Source of the DNA: Phoronis australis
Taxonomy: Eukaryota > Animalia > Phoronida
Assembly (NCBI GenBank): GCA_002633005.1
Contig: NMRA01000002.1
Coordinates: 2,530,802 to 2,594,801, forward strand
Length of the DNA stretch: 64,000 nt
Direction: 5' to 3'
A model generated the notes under the pieces. That model saw only the letters and a list, made by a program, of their open reading frames with translations, made no database searches and had not been told where the DNA came from. Position 1 is the stretch's first letter. Each line of letters opens with the position of its first letter. Shown here piece by piece: positions 26,295 through 38,735 of the stretch. Made by a program: the position numbers and the translations under genes.

Positions 26295-28778
26295 CAGTGG
26301 CGGATCTACCTTTTCAGTAAGGGGGATTCAGGATTCCCGCAAAGGTCGAATCCGAGGCGAGTGGCGCCGACCGGGGGGGGGGAGGTCGGGAGGGGGCAAA
26401 CCCCCTCCCGTGTAAGACAGCTTTTTGTTTTTGTAGCCGAACAGTGAAATTTCCATGCATCCTGGTACGTTTATCGCACTTAACATGTCCCTGGAGTTTT
26501 TCTTAAGATAATTAAAAACACTTCTCGATTTCGTCACATGAACTTGGCTCATAAGTTTCGTGAAACCATATTTGTGCACATCTGGGTATGAGTCACACCA
26601 CCAGTTAAAATTTTTGTTGGAACATCTGTTTAAACGCACCTTTTTAGCATACGAAAAAGTGTGGTGTGTATACAGGGGCGTAAGAAATTGAATATCAGAT
26701 GATCGCAACAGCCTCGAGCTGTTTAAGAACGAAGACCTGTACTGTTAGTCCGGAAATAAACATGTGTTCTGTCTCGTTACGAGAAAAACTGGCGAACGAT
26801 GGTGCTCTCAGCTCATAGTCTATTATTAAAAGCGACAAAAACAATTAAGTATCACTTTATTAAGCTGAGTCACGTTGACAACAATTGAAAAACGTCAAAT
26901 GTATCAGGAAACAAATCATCTAAAAACAGTTTCAGGAAACCAAAACACTCTGTAGGCCTACATGTACACCGTGGTGAAAAGACTTACAAGAGCAGTACGC
27001 AGAGGGACCAGATGTGCACTGAGAGTACACAAAAACTCTGGCCTGGTCCGTCACGAGACCAAATGTACACCTGTGATTATTATCCCTATAAAAATAGTCG
27101 ATCTGTCGCGGGACCAAACAGTACTGGCTGAGATAGTTTTACAAAGCACACTTTGGTGAAAAACATCACAAAACTAGTTCGCCGAGGGACCAGAAGACCA
27201 CTGAAACTCGATATCTACATAAATCAAGCTGGCCTGGTCCGTCGCGAGACCTAAAGCGTACTTTGCAAAAAAAATTGAATAACTCTCTAGACACTTTTTA
27301 ATCCCCAGTGGATGCTCATACTTGTAGTTCACACATCTGGTGGTCAACTGCTGCGAGAGGTTGTCTAGGAAGGGTTTTGGCACCGTTTTGTAGTACTCAC
27401 TGGAAGAAACAAGTATTGAGTACATATTTAACTACGCACTACGTGAAATAAGATTTTGGATATGAAGCAGATAGACTCAAGTGGAAATACAAACCAGAAT
27501 GAGTTTCTGTGCGCTCGTAGACCCTCTGCTGTACTGGGTAAATTTGGCATGTTCAAAACTAATTTCTATTTCGATTCATTGTACACAAGCATGAAAAACG
27601 ACATTATTACAAACTGTGTATAATTATCACTTATTACCTGGGTGTTTCTCCGGGAACGTTGGTCCTATCTTTCTGTTGTCTAGACTGCTGAGGAATCTGT
27701 ACATCGGATCCAATGGTTTGCTGCTCTTGGAACCATTCTACCCAGACATCTTCGACGTTTGTTCCCAACGCTTGCTTTTCGTCAACTGCTGTGTCAATGA
27801 GCTTGTACGCCTCTACATTGTCAGCATCTCGTTTCCCAGCTCAGTTGGCACTAAGCCCCCTGAGATAACCAAGTCCATTCAAAAGACTCACAGCATGCAC
27901 AACTAAATTCGATCCGTTCATCATGGACTACTTCAAACCTTGACGATGTATCCCAGGACCCATTTGCATCTCTTGCAATTTTCGAAATAAATGTCCCAAT
28001 GTCTGAACGCTTGAAACCGAGGTACTAACATCAAATAAATGTCCATGGGCATGGGAGTTTCTTCGGGTGGGCCTTTCTGCGGAAATTCCCAGTATAGAAA
28101 ACGGCAGTGGTGCTTATTGGAGGTAGAAGTGTCCTTGGTCATTCCTTGTATAGACATAACTTGTTAGAGTGCATCTTCAAACAGACTCGCGACCAGACCA
28201 CGGCACAGGCCACAATTCGCAATTCTTCGGAAAACGATTTTTTTCAAGTATTACATGTACATGTGCACTGTATGACATTGCGCAAGACAACTTTACTATA
28301 CATGTACATCAGTCAAATTCGAGTTACAAACGTGTTGGGTGTAAGAGGATGACACGGCATGACAGATGAAGTAAAAAAGGTTGCACGTCAATTCGCCTGA
28401 ATATCAGGGTTGCGGCACCACAGTATTTCCCCTAATCAATTCAAAACATATCTTAGAGTAAATAAAATAGTTACCTAAAGAAATCAGCTATAGGGCTGCT
28501 CTTTCAGCGGTGGGTCCATCTAAAATGCTTGACTACTTCAGAAGTGTCGTCGGAAGCGCGCGCACAATTGATCTCCCGGGTTTTGCCGACGAGCCACGAA
28601 GACTCGAAACGCGTTGATTTTCATAACAGCAATTCTCATTGCAAAAAAAAATATTTTCAGAGTGAACCCCCCCCCCCCTCATTTTTTCCAAGTTGGTTTT
28701 CTTGGGGTTTACACACGCTGGCGGTGCCGTTTTTGTTTTGCTGGAGACTTTTTTGGNCCCCCCGTAGATCCGCCACTG
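26295..28778 (-). mobile_element. 2.5-kb defective hAT element (P52rIPK/ZMYM1-type transposase remnant) inside the deaminase intron
   Basis: TIRs CAGTGGCGGATCTAC ... GTAGATCCGCCACTG with flanking CACTG on both sides. Minus-strand remnant at about 27640-27910: LVVHAVSLLNGLGYLRGLSAN*AGKRDADNVEAYKLIDTAVDEKQALGTNVEDVWVEWFQE...SRQQKDRTNVPGETP. Confidence 0.75.
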
Positions 28779-30711
28779 CACTGAAAACCAAGCTAGACTA
28801 AGAACAATAGGGGCAAGACAGTGCAAAATTGGCACTTTTTGCACCCCGAAAACACCACTTCTCTGACGATGCACGACTAACAAACAATAGATTCTGAAAG
28901 CAAATATCCTACAGATTCCGAAAATGTGGTCCAAAAGTACTGTCAACCAACTAGTTGTTTTGGCAATTCTGGCTTGTTTGAGGGCTACCTAGAATCGCAG
29001 CCAGTTTCTCAGTCGCTACTCAGCAATGCACAATTGCAACCGGGGGCCGCCATCTTGAAGAAGAGTGCAGCTACAACCGAGAAAGTGGCCTTTTTTATTC
29101 TCAGCATGTTCACAAATGCAAACAAACCACATTCACTGAGCCTACATACAATGCCCACCTACAAAATGCCCCCAAACTTGGCCTAACCAAAAATTTCAAT
29201 ATTTTGTCACTGCAATTAAGTTGGCCGCGGCTGCAGCCTAACTATTCAGTGCCACCTTAACAGACCAGGCAGTAACAACAAAAGAACGTAAAATTCGTGA
29301 GGTTTTAGACATCAGTTGGCGGGTGCAAGCCCAATCTCAATAGGCAACTGACACACCACAGGTTGTCATTGTTGGTCTTGTTCATTGTCACTCCTTGTAA
29401 CTGACTGTACCTGTGCTTCATTACTTGTTGGTGGGCCTACTAGTAACTAGGTGGCCACTGTATTATCACTCTTCAGGATGATGGCGTAGAATAAATGACA
29501 CCGAGACATGTCAAGTCTTAAACCGTTGTTGTTTTCTTGAATTAAAATTGTACATATGTACATGTAGAACAGGGTCATTGGTGACCGCTTGTGGAACTAC
29601 TAGTTTTTGTGACAATGATAACGCGCTATTTTAGAACAGGGTTGTCACGCCACATTCTGTTTTAATGACCACCAGCCTTGACCCAGAACAAACTCGCGTG
29701 CAGGTATGTCTCGTGGAAAGTCATTCAGCGACGTACATGTAATATGATTATGAAATGTGTAAAAACCGCAAAGATACATCTATTGCTATAGTGTAGGTCC
29801 TGGGTCGAGGTGGTTGTGAGTCGTGGGTTGTGGGTCGAGGGGGCCGTGGGGGTCGAGGGAGTTTTAAAACAATACGTAGGCCTACGTAGTAGCAACAGTT
29901 TGCAGGTGGGTCTTTTACCGATGAAATGAGTCGAAAATGTATGAAAACGTCGTGGTCTCCCCACACAACTTATTAAAAAGGAATTAAGCAGCAGACTTGG
30001 AGTGTATTACTCCAAACTGGATTTTAGCCTGTTTACCTGGTATTACCGGCAAAGTCAATCAAGTGTACTAATGAGGACGTAGATATCTCACTTGCTTGAC
30101 CTGTACTTCTCTTCCGTTTATGCCGACGTACAGCAGAAGGCGGGGAGGTTGGTGGCGACTGCACGACCGGTCACGGTGTTTTCTGCTCCCTGCGGCAAAG
30201 ATCATAACGCTTAATCGTTGTGAGAGACCGTCCGGAGTTGGTATGTGGTGCAACTCGGGACGGTCTGGGGTCTACAGAAAACCACAGTTCAACTGTGAGT
30301 CTACACCAGTGTGATAAACGAGAGTAGTTCTACTTGCTGCTTCAGCTGCTGGTATGCTTATCTCTTTTATGACACACAATGTGTGATTGGGCAAAGCGTT
30401 TTCAAAATAATGTGGATAAATCGGTGGAGTGTGAGACCCCTGAGGTCCCTGTCAAGTCCTCACGGCAATTTTACGTTATGGATGCTCGCTTTACCAATCA
30501 CATCCACCCTACTGCTACCCGTTTCAGTGTACATGTACCTCATGTTCTTCCGTCCTTTGCATCCCTTTTCATGGATGACTCTTTTTCCCGCTTCCCCTTC
30601 CATCTCTGTCAACCTACACTATCCTCTTTCTCTTCTTGGTTTTCTTCTTCCTTTTTTCCGTTTTGCTTTTCTAATCACATAATATAAGAGAAACTGTTTC
30701 TTCGTTTTCAG

Positions 30712-30955
30712 AAAGGTCCACCTGTTTACAAAGCTGTCTCCTTGCAAGAGCTGCACAGACATGATTAAGTCTTTCGCAGAATTAAACAGCAAAATCGACA
30801 TTTACGTCGGGTATTGGAAAGTTTACTACAACGACAAAGACCCAGACAGCGGAATTGTTGGTCTTTCGTACGCCAGAAGACAGTTTCGAGATATGACCAA
30901 CGTGTACTTCGATCAAGTCAACATGAACGGGGTAAAAGACACCATCTACTGTTGA
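30712..30955 (+). CDS. Coding exon 2 of the secreted AID/APOBEC-like deaminase
   Basis: Acceptor ttcttcgttttcag (30710-30711), phase 2, in frame: (R)KVHLFTKLSPCKSCTDMIKSF...IDIYVGYWKVY...TIYC-stop. Supplies the PCxxC zinc ligands (SPCKSC at 30737-30754). Confidence 0.9.
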
Positions 30956-31030
30956 GTGTTTTGGGAGAAATGATTGTTATTATTCACCTTTGTGGTTACG
31001 GAAGTACTATTTACTAATTCCCTGCAAAAT

Positions 31031-31036
31031 AATAAA
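31031..31036 (+). terminator. Probable polyadenylation signal of the deaminase gene
   Basis: AATAAA about 75 nt after the stop codon, followed by a GT-rich tract (gtgtttgtgg). Confidence 0.6.
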
Positions 31037-32022
31037 CAAAATTACAGTGTTTGTGGATTTTTTCAAGAATTTGACATTCACATATTGCATACAATAGTTT
31101 CAAAATGAACTGAACAGACTGAAACGACGAAATTCGCGTAACCGTGACTAAACATAATTAGTTTTCGACCACAAATTCTAATTCACTACAGAACCTCGGG
31201 CAAAAGTTGTTCCATCCAATAGTTGTCGAAATCGCAAGTCCATTGTAGAAAAAAACACAATTAGCAGTAAGGCGCAATGAAGTCGTTCTATATTCGCTCA
31301 CAACTTCGACAAAAGTTTACCATTTATTGCGACAAGAGTTCGTGGACTAAACTGACAAATTATTTTGGCAAGTTCTTTTTCCAAGTTTTCCAAGTGTGTG
31401 TAGCTTATGTTGAAATCTGCTGCACCTATCTTATTCATCGCGCCCTGTAAGTTACAGGGTTCATATTATTTTCAATCCAGCCAGTATATATTACCAGAAT
31501 TTTGCAATACTAACTGTGTGCACTACCTAACTCATTTTGCCAAGGATCTTAACTCGAACACTGTAATTTCCACATTACCTTGGCGAGCGTTTTAATTTCT
31601 CTTATATTCGCCCCGTTGGGCTGAAACCATGGGGTCATTGCATAATTACAAAGCAGTAACAGTTTTCGAGAAAGAAGGCCAACATTGTTTTCCGTGGGGA
31701 AACGGAATCCAAAAAATCCCAGACAAACATTGCATTTCGTTACGTCAATGGTTTTCTCCCATTTAGCATCGGGACTTCATCTTCCACAAAAGCTATCTTG
31801 CAATCTTTCTGCAGATACACTGAGAGCACAAACACATGTTGCTCAATTAATGCTCTAATACCTGGGCAACACCTAATAGAACAAAATATGATACATGTAT
31901 ATCTAGATGATAACAATCGCGTTCAAAATTTTCAGCCACTCTTTTAATTTCGTATATTCAGCAATTTTTGCTCCACTACATGTATCCAACTTGTCGTGAA
32001 CGGATAGACCAGAAGCCCAGAG

Positions 32023-32238
32023 CAGGGGAGGATCCAGGATTCTGAGGTAGGGGGAGGGTCAGGACACAGGATTTACCAGAATTTCGGCACATGCGCACGC
32101 CTAAAATGCAAGGATACAGGGGTCTCTAATTTTTGGGTTGGCGACCCTATTACAAAAAAAAACGTAAACGGGGTTTGTTCAAGGCCTATGTATTGTGCCA
32201 TAGCACCCTTGTCCCCCACACCCCTAAATCCGCCAATG
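32023..32238. mobile_element. Older hAT-like MITE related to 14995-15149
   Basis: CAGGGGAGGATCCAGGATT...TAAATCCGCCAATG; target duplication degraded. Another partial copy at about 49285-49320. Confidence 0.6.
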
Positions 32239-32344
32239 GAAAGCACTTAGCATACATGTAGATGAAAGAGTCACCAACATCTGACCATAGGTGCCCTTAG
32301 AGTTCACCTCAGTACACTGTATATGCAGAAATAGACGTCTGCCG

Positions 32345-33200
32345 TTGTCTGCACTCTGGGTGAGACCCCTGGGGACCTTTCAAGGGGCCCAAGAATGAGC
32401 TAGATTAAATATTCGAGGTACCGGCCAAAATTAATTTCAAACAGACAATGTAGTACAGCACTGGACACCGATTGACACATGATAGACAAATTGCACTTTT
32501 AATGGGTCGACCAGAAACCAAAAAGGACCTCCCAAAAATGAGCTAGCTCATACATTCGAGGTACCAAACAATCCAATTCCAAGTGATTCAACGCCGTCAT
32601 TGATCACTAGATGCGCTATGACAGACAACATGCACTCTGGGTTGTGCCCGCCAGAAACCCCCAAAAATGTCAACCAGTACGGAATGCCATTGGAAATTTG
32701 AGCTAGATTACTAGATATTCGAGGTACATGTACTAGGTGAAACTGATTAAAAACTAACAGTAGTACCGCAATGAACACCGAACGACTCATGACAGACCAA
32801 TTGCACTCTGGACAGGGGGCCGCCAAAAACCAAAAAGGACCCCAAGAAATGAGTTTAACTGTTAGCTCATACATTTGAGGTACCACAAAAAACAATTCCA
32901 TGTGACTCAATACATGTCACTGATCACTGAATGCTCCGTGACAGACAAAATTGCACTCTAGGTTGTGCCCGCCAAAATCCTCAAACATCTCAACCACGGT
33001 ATGCTATCGTACTTTAGATATTCGAGGTAACACCTGCGTTAAAATCAATGAATTGTGCCGCAATAAACACCGGATGGCACATGACAGGCAATTTGTCCTC
33101 TGGAAAGGGCCAGCCAGAAACTCAAAAACGACCCCCAAATAGGAGGTAGCTCATACATTCCAGGTACCCCACTGAACAATTCCATGTGATTCAAACAGAA
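32345..33200. repeat. Degenerate tandem repeat with alternating monomers of about 150 bp
   Basis: ATT(C/T)GAGGTA-like cores near 32411, 32554, 32717, 32873, 33020 and 33156, with GACA..TTGCACTCT blocks between them. Confidence 0.75.
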
Positions 33201-35994
33201 GTTACTGGTTAGGATGGCCTTGACGCAAAAATCCATCATGTGCTGTGCGTGCCAGCCCCAGAAATCTCAACCTCGTAATTCTCTTGAAAACGTGTGATAT
33301 ATTAAATAGATCCCGTAGAGTTTTGTAGAATCAATAATTTCGATAAGGAAGATGTGATTTAGTTTGCAGTTCATGGCAAATTCTTGTATTTCCGTAATAA
33401 TTTCGAATGTACTGAACTCACTTCTTACTTAAAATGAATAACAGGGTTACACTGAGTGTCAAATTGATGGTGACAAAAAAGTTTAAGAATTTTAGAAAAT
33501 ACTTGTTAACACTAAAAGACTGCTTTCATTACCTTGACTACTAAGCAAAGCTTTGTAAAGAAAAGCAACAGACGTGTTTTTAAAAATCCTCTTTAATCAA
33601 AATAAACTAGAAATAGTCATCACAACGCTTTCAAACAGCCACCTAGCATTTACAATTATACATCCGTGTGTCAGAGGCCCTGATCAATTCATTGCCATTT
33701 GAGTTGGCTAAGTGGAAGGTAAGAAGCGTGTCGACCTCTTCATGGGAACCTTGAGAATCCGGTGGATGACCAGGTGCCATACATGTACATGTAACCACTG
33801 TAAGAAAGGCGAATATAATTTGTCGCCATGTCAGACAAGTGTTTTCTCCCCAAGAAATGGTCCATATAGGTCTTTCTGCCATTCTTAACGGAGGAAGTTT
33901 TCCAAACTGTCCATAAAATGCTCCGTTCTGCATACCAGCAGGAGATTTTCAACAAGATATTTTGGGTGTTAAATTCATGTTAAGTTGCTTTACGGAAACA
34001 ACTTACAATGTCTTAACTGAAAAATGGAGGCACTAAAATAGGTGCGTTTAAGTAACTTCTGTGTTTTTTACCTATAACTAGTATTATCTGTAGTACTTTA
34101 CTGCACCCGTGAAATGAGGTTTTAAAAATCAAGCAATTACCCTGTTCATGTAAAAGAACCCAATCCAGTGCTAATTCGTGTTGCTGACATTGTACACTGT
34201 GTAGTTTCCACCACGCACTTTGCGGACTGTCCCACTTTTTTGAATTTTTCCGCCATTCCGTCACATCATCTATAGAATTCAAAAAATCAAAATGAGCGGT
34301 ATTTACATTTATGCAGAAATTGAGGTTTAGAAAATTCTTAACGGCGAACACGTGTCAGGTTGGGCGGGTTTCAACAACACATTGGTTTCAAGTTCATTCA
34401 GTCACATTTCAATAACTCAAGCACCAACTGATGCCTTTGGTCGCATCTTTCATAACGTTTTTTTTACATTAATCAATCGTCCTACGCCGACTGTAAATTC
34501 CACAAATAACTTTTTACGTGCCTGACGAATCATGTATGGTGCAACCTTCATCCAACAGATGGGGCAAGTGCCTACATACGGGAACTGTATTTCAAAATGG
34601 CAGCCGCTTGAGTTCGCTAAAAGATTATATAGTATTTACTTCTAAGTTTTAATTAACTTGAGGTGAGTATTGACTTTTAGAGCGTATTTCTCAAGTTCGC
34701 TCACCAGAGTCAGTTAAAAACTGGAATATTTCCTTTAGTTGGTACGACCGCTCCATCCTGAGGCCCCAAAGTAGAATTCAAATGGATGCCCCTTGCAACT
34801 CAATATATTGTAAACATTAGACAACAGTAAAGAGACTAAAGAGAAACCACGTACGCGTGGTAGATTCATGATGTTTTTTTTGAAACCTTAAACTTTGGAA
34901 CACTCTTCAAGACGTAGCCTATAGCTTTGTACCGATATCGTAAAAAACTGACATTATTCCGTGAAAAGGTCAACCACTATAGTCCGATTACCTCTCGTCG
35001 TCAGTCTCCAAAGGTCGTCCGCCATCTTGTTTCGCGTGCAGCGCTGCCACGCGGGACTTAGCGTTCCAATTTGGAACGCTTGTCTGCACGTTAGGTACTA
35101 ACCTCTCGGGAGAAACACGCGTGGAAGAACTGAGACTAAAATTAATGCATTTACCAACTGTTTTTTTGAGACCACTTAAAAACTTGTTGATTTTACTAAT
35201 GCACTTTTTTGTTCATTTTCAGAAGATATTTTCGAAATTAAATTTTCTTCAGACGGAACAAAAAGCAACCCAGGGATTGTTTATGCAATGTATCTATTTG
35301 TCCCAGGCACTAACCGACATCTGTTAGGCCAAAGGAAAAACGCAGCAGACAAATGGAACACGCTGGGTGCTTAACAGTTTCGGCCCACGCCTTGGTCATC
35401 AAAATATTGTTCACTTGTTTTTTTATTGCAAAACACAGTACTGAACTCAACATTTATGTTGAAAATTTTGGTTAAAGCATTTTGAATTTATTTGAAGAAA
35501 ATTAAAATACTTGAATTGATAGAGAATGGCCACCAATAAAGTAAAACATTGACTTTATTTCACTATATTGCATTTGTTACATACAACACAGCATGACATA
35601 ATCAAAAATAAAAGAAGAGATTGAGCAATAAAATTCAAATGCAACTTGGGTATTTATTTATTTATTTATGAATGCAGAAGCCTGTTAAAGATGAGAAAAA
35701 ATCAAACAATACAATTATGGGTAATTTATTAGAACAATTGTATCGAGGTTCAATGATCAACTTCCGCCTACCAAGTCTCAAAGGCTTACAGTTCTGTTTT
35801 GGCTGACAAGGTGTTAACAGAGAATGAAGAGTAACTGAAAAGAAAAAGAAGGACAGCAGAGATAAGTGATGTTAAGAACAACAAGAGCAAAAAGTCAAAT
35901 AAAGAGGTCACAAATACAAAATAAGTAAGGTCTGCCTGGAATAAAACAATTGTGATTTATTTTCCAGAACTGAAATTCTAAATCAATTTTAATC

Positions 35995-36343
35995 GATTTA
36001 AAAATCGATATCATACCAGTAAAACAGTTTGTGGTTGAAGTAGAGTTGCTGTAAACCACTTTCCACTATTTTCTTGGCCTTTTTCTGTGTGGTTTTCTGT
36101 CCTTTCAAAAGGCGGCAGCACATGACGACCATAGGTGTCATTATAAAATGGCTGCCGAAAAGCAATGCACAGTTGAACAACTCGGCTTAAGTAAAAGAAA
36201 ACGTTTGAATCAACGAATACTATATATTTGTGAGAGTTAAATCAAGTCCTATTCAGATCATAACTTTGAAGTGGAATAATTGGGTGAGTAAGACAACAAG
36301 CCGGTTTTATGCTTAGGCGGACGACTATAGGGTTTCGGAGTGT
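35995..36343. repeat. Inverted copy of the 4243-4572 repeat
   Basis: Reverse-complement alignment. Confidence 0.8.
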
Positions 36344-38591
36344 ACTCGTGAGTCAAAAAGAATTAGTCTAGTCAGTAAACCAACACGACATGATTGGATG
36401 GCATGAATAGGGTTGGAAGTGAAAACGTAGAATCAAGTGTCATGCACGTCACTCTTGAATTGCTTATCAAATGTTATTCTGTACGCTTTGAAATCATGAT
36501 CGCGTGTAGACATTTATTGTAAGGAATTGTATGGCAAATGTAACTGCACAGAAGTCAAGCCCTACAAAGAACTTATTCTCTCGAATATACGATTTTTCAC
36601 TTTTTTCTTGTCACTCAGTCGGTTGCAATTTTCGAATTACCGATGAACTCATGAACTAAATCATGCGCTGGCTCATTGGCTGTAAATGCTACTCATGAAT
36701 GTCACTACTTGACGTCAATGGGTCAAAAACTATGGGTAGAAGTTGGCAGACTGTTATATTCGTTGTTATGAGAGGAAAGTAAAAAGAGGCCAAATATAAT
36801 CAGTCAGACCATTTGTGGTTTTCTAAATGTGTCAAGGGAATTTGATTTGGTTAGTACTAACACACTGAGCAAGAATTTTCCTCTTATTCTTTTGTTTTAT
36901 ATCCATTTCACCAAGTGGTGAAAAGCCCTCAGCTCCGGTGGACCTTCAGCGCTGTATAAGAGCTGAGTATTGGCTGTAATTTGTAGAAAATCTTCCAGTA
37001 CATGGAGGGCCTATGGGATGACCTCCGTCACTACTGCGGCTAGCCGTGTCAGTGGCCCTCTAGGTCTCATCTGCGATCCCAGTCTCTACTATTGAACATC
37101 CCATGACTTTCAAGTTTTTCCTAAACGGACCCATTTTGGTCGGTTGGCAAAATACCTTCAAAACTATATAAATCCTGAAAGTAGAAAGCCAGTAGAATTT
37201 TGACTTTATACCAAACTGGTATTACTTGGGTCACATAACCACTTTTTAATGGAATTTAGCAAAAAAGAAATGTACTTCCTCTACAAATCAATGGTATCAA
37301 TAACATTAATAACGAAAATGTGTTCAATATGTTGAAGTTTAAATCTCAAAAGCGCTGTTTTGTTTTCTTAGCTCGTCGTGCAAAAATGTCCAGAGCATTT
37401 TAAAAAGCAATTCTTGGCAGCGTTTTGGAGAACAGCAAATAAAGCATTGTATGAACGGTTGATATGACTCCAGTCACCCATTTCTGAGATATGGTATTCT
37501 GAAGTTTGTCAAATTTCGTCATTTTTCTATAGTCTTGCATAACCGTGAGAAATTACTAGCACGTGTTCTCCCTATACTCCATTGCATCTAGGTTTTCAAA
37601 CTTGACGCAAGTAAGTCAAACTCATCACAACAAGATTCAAACTCGAATCGGTGTGAAGTCAAAATTTGTTGTGGAGAAGTCCATATCTGAGACGTGATGT
37701 TCTGAAGTCATGTAGCCTAGTAATGACATTTTCCATTTTTCTACATAAATGTAACCAGACTGGAAGTGATAAGTTTACAAATCACTTCAGTTTTCTCAAG
37801 TAGATATCCATCGTGGAATGGACGCGCTGACCAATACGCTACCTACAAGAAACAGCGTGACATCTTGCTCCTCGACATCTCTGCCTGTGATGGTTTGGTC
37901 CTTCAGAACAGACGCAGCGTACTGGTCAATGGGATAGGTATAGTATCTTTCCCGTACAGATCTTCTCCCACAACAGGAATCCAGATTGCTTTGTACACGT
38001 AAAATCATAAAAACCGCGAATCGAAACTTGGCCAAGAAGCGCGCGCTAGGGCCTACATGTAATATGTGGGCCCGCTCAATGAGATAAATGTAACTACACA
38101 GCTCATTGGGCCTGCTACTCTGGCAAATGAACACTGATGACACCCACGCGCTCGCTCACTCGGTGCACACCTGTTGACTCTCTTCAAAACGTCACGTGAC
38201 GATACCATATGTGTTCGTCCAGATTTTTCTCGTTGCGGGGTGCGATGAAGCGCTGATTTTGACTTAATCTGCGGTTAATACCGACTCCGAGACTACAGGA
38301 ACTTAAGAATCTTAAGAAAGGCTATTTGGAAAACTTAAGGAGAATTTCAGGTAATTTGAGTCAAACTATTTTTACTCAAGAATTCAAGTTGTCCTATCGA
38401 CGATCGAAGCATCAGTCGGCAAGTTTTCGCCCTGTGATTTCAGTACATTTTTTTAAAAAGATCGTAATTTAACAACAGAGTTTGATAGCAATGCACCACA
38501 GTTTTGTAGAAAGTCTGTCATATGTTACACGTACGTCACAGCGCGTAAATTTGATGAATCATAGCTTCCGATTTCACCCGTTACGGAGACC

Positions 38592-38735
38592 GGGCGTGCG
38601 TTCAGTAGACGCTAGGACCTACGCTAGGGCCTAGCTAAAACCTAGTCAAAGTCACGTGTTCTCATTTAAAATGCACGGCAATATCTCACGTAATCTCGCG
38701 AAGTCTTGCTTTTTAGCGAGGTCTTTGCGTTACTG
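38592..38735. mobile_element. MITE of about 145 bp; inverted copy at about 42787-42930, fragment near 26030-26095
   Basis: Termini GGCGTGCGTTCAGTA ... TACTGAACGGGAG; internal AATATCTCACGTAATCT.GCGAAGTCTTGCTTTTTAGCGAGGTC shared. Confidence 0.75.

Noticed and set aside
29790-30310. GGGTCGAGG repeats and a Cys/His-containing stretch in the deaminase intron as a possible alternative exon
   Set aside because: Frames are broken, it looks like a repeat remnant, and the two-exon model already gives normal HxE to PCxxC spacing.
32345-33200. CRISPR-like array
   Set aside because: Eukaryotic context; the repeats are degenerate and the intervening sequences are homologous to each other, not unique spacers.
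37766-38143. Overlapping 78-aa and 115-aa ORFs with coding-like GC content
   Set aside because: No recognisable domain and no convincing splice partners.
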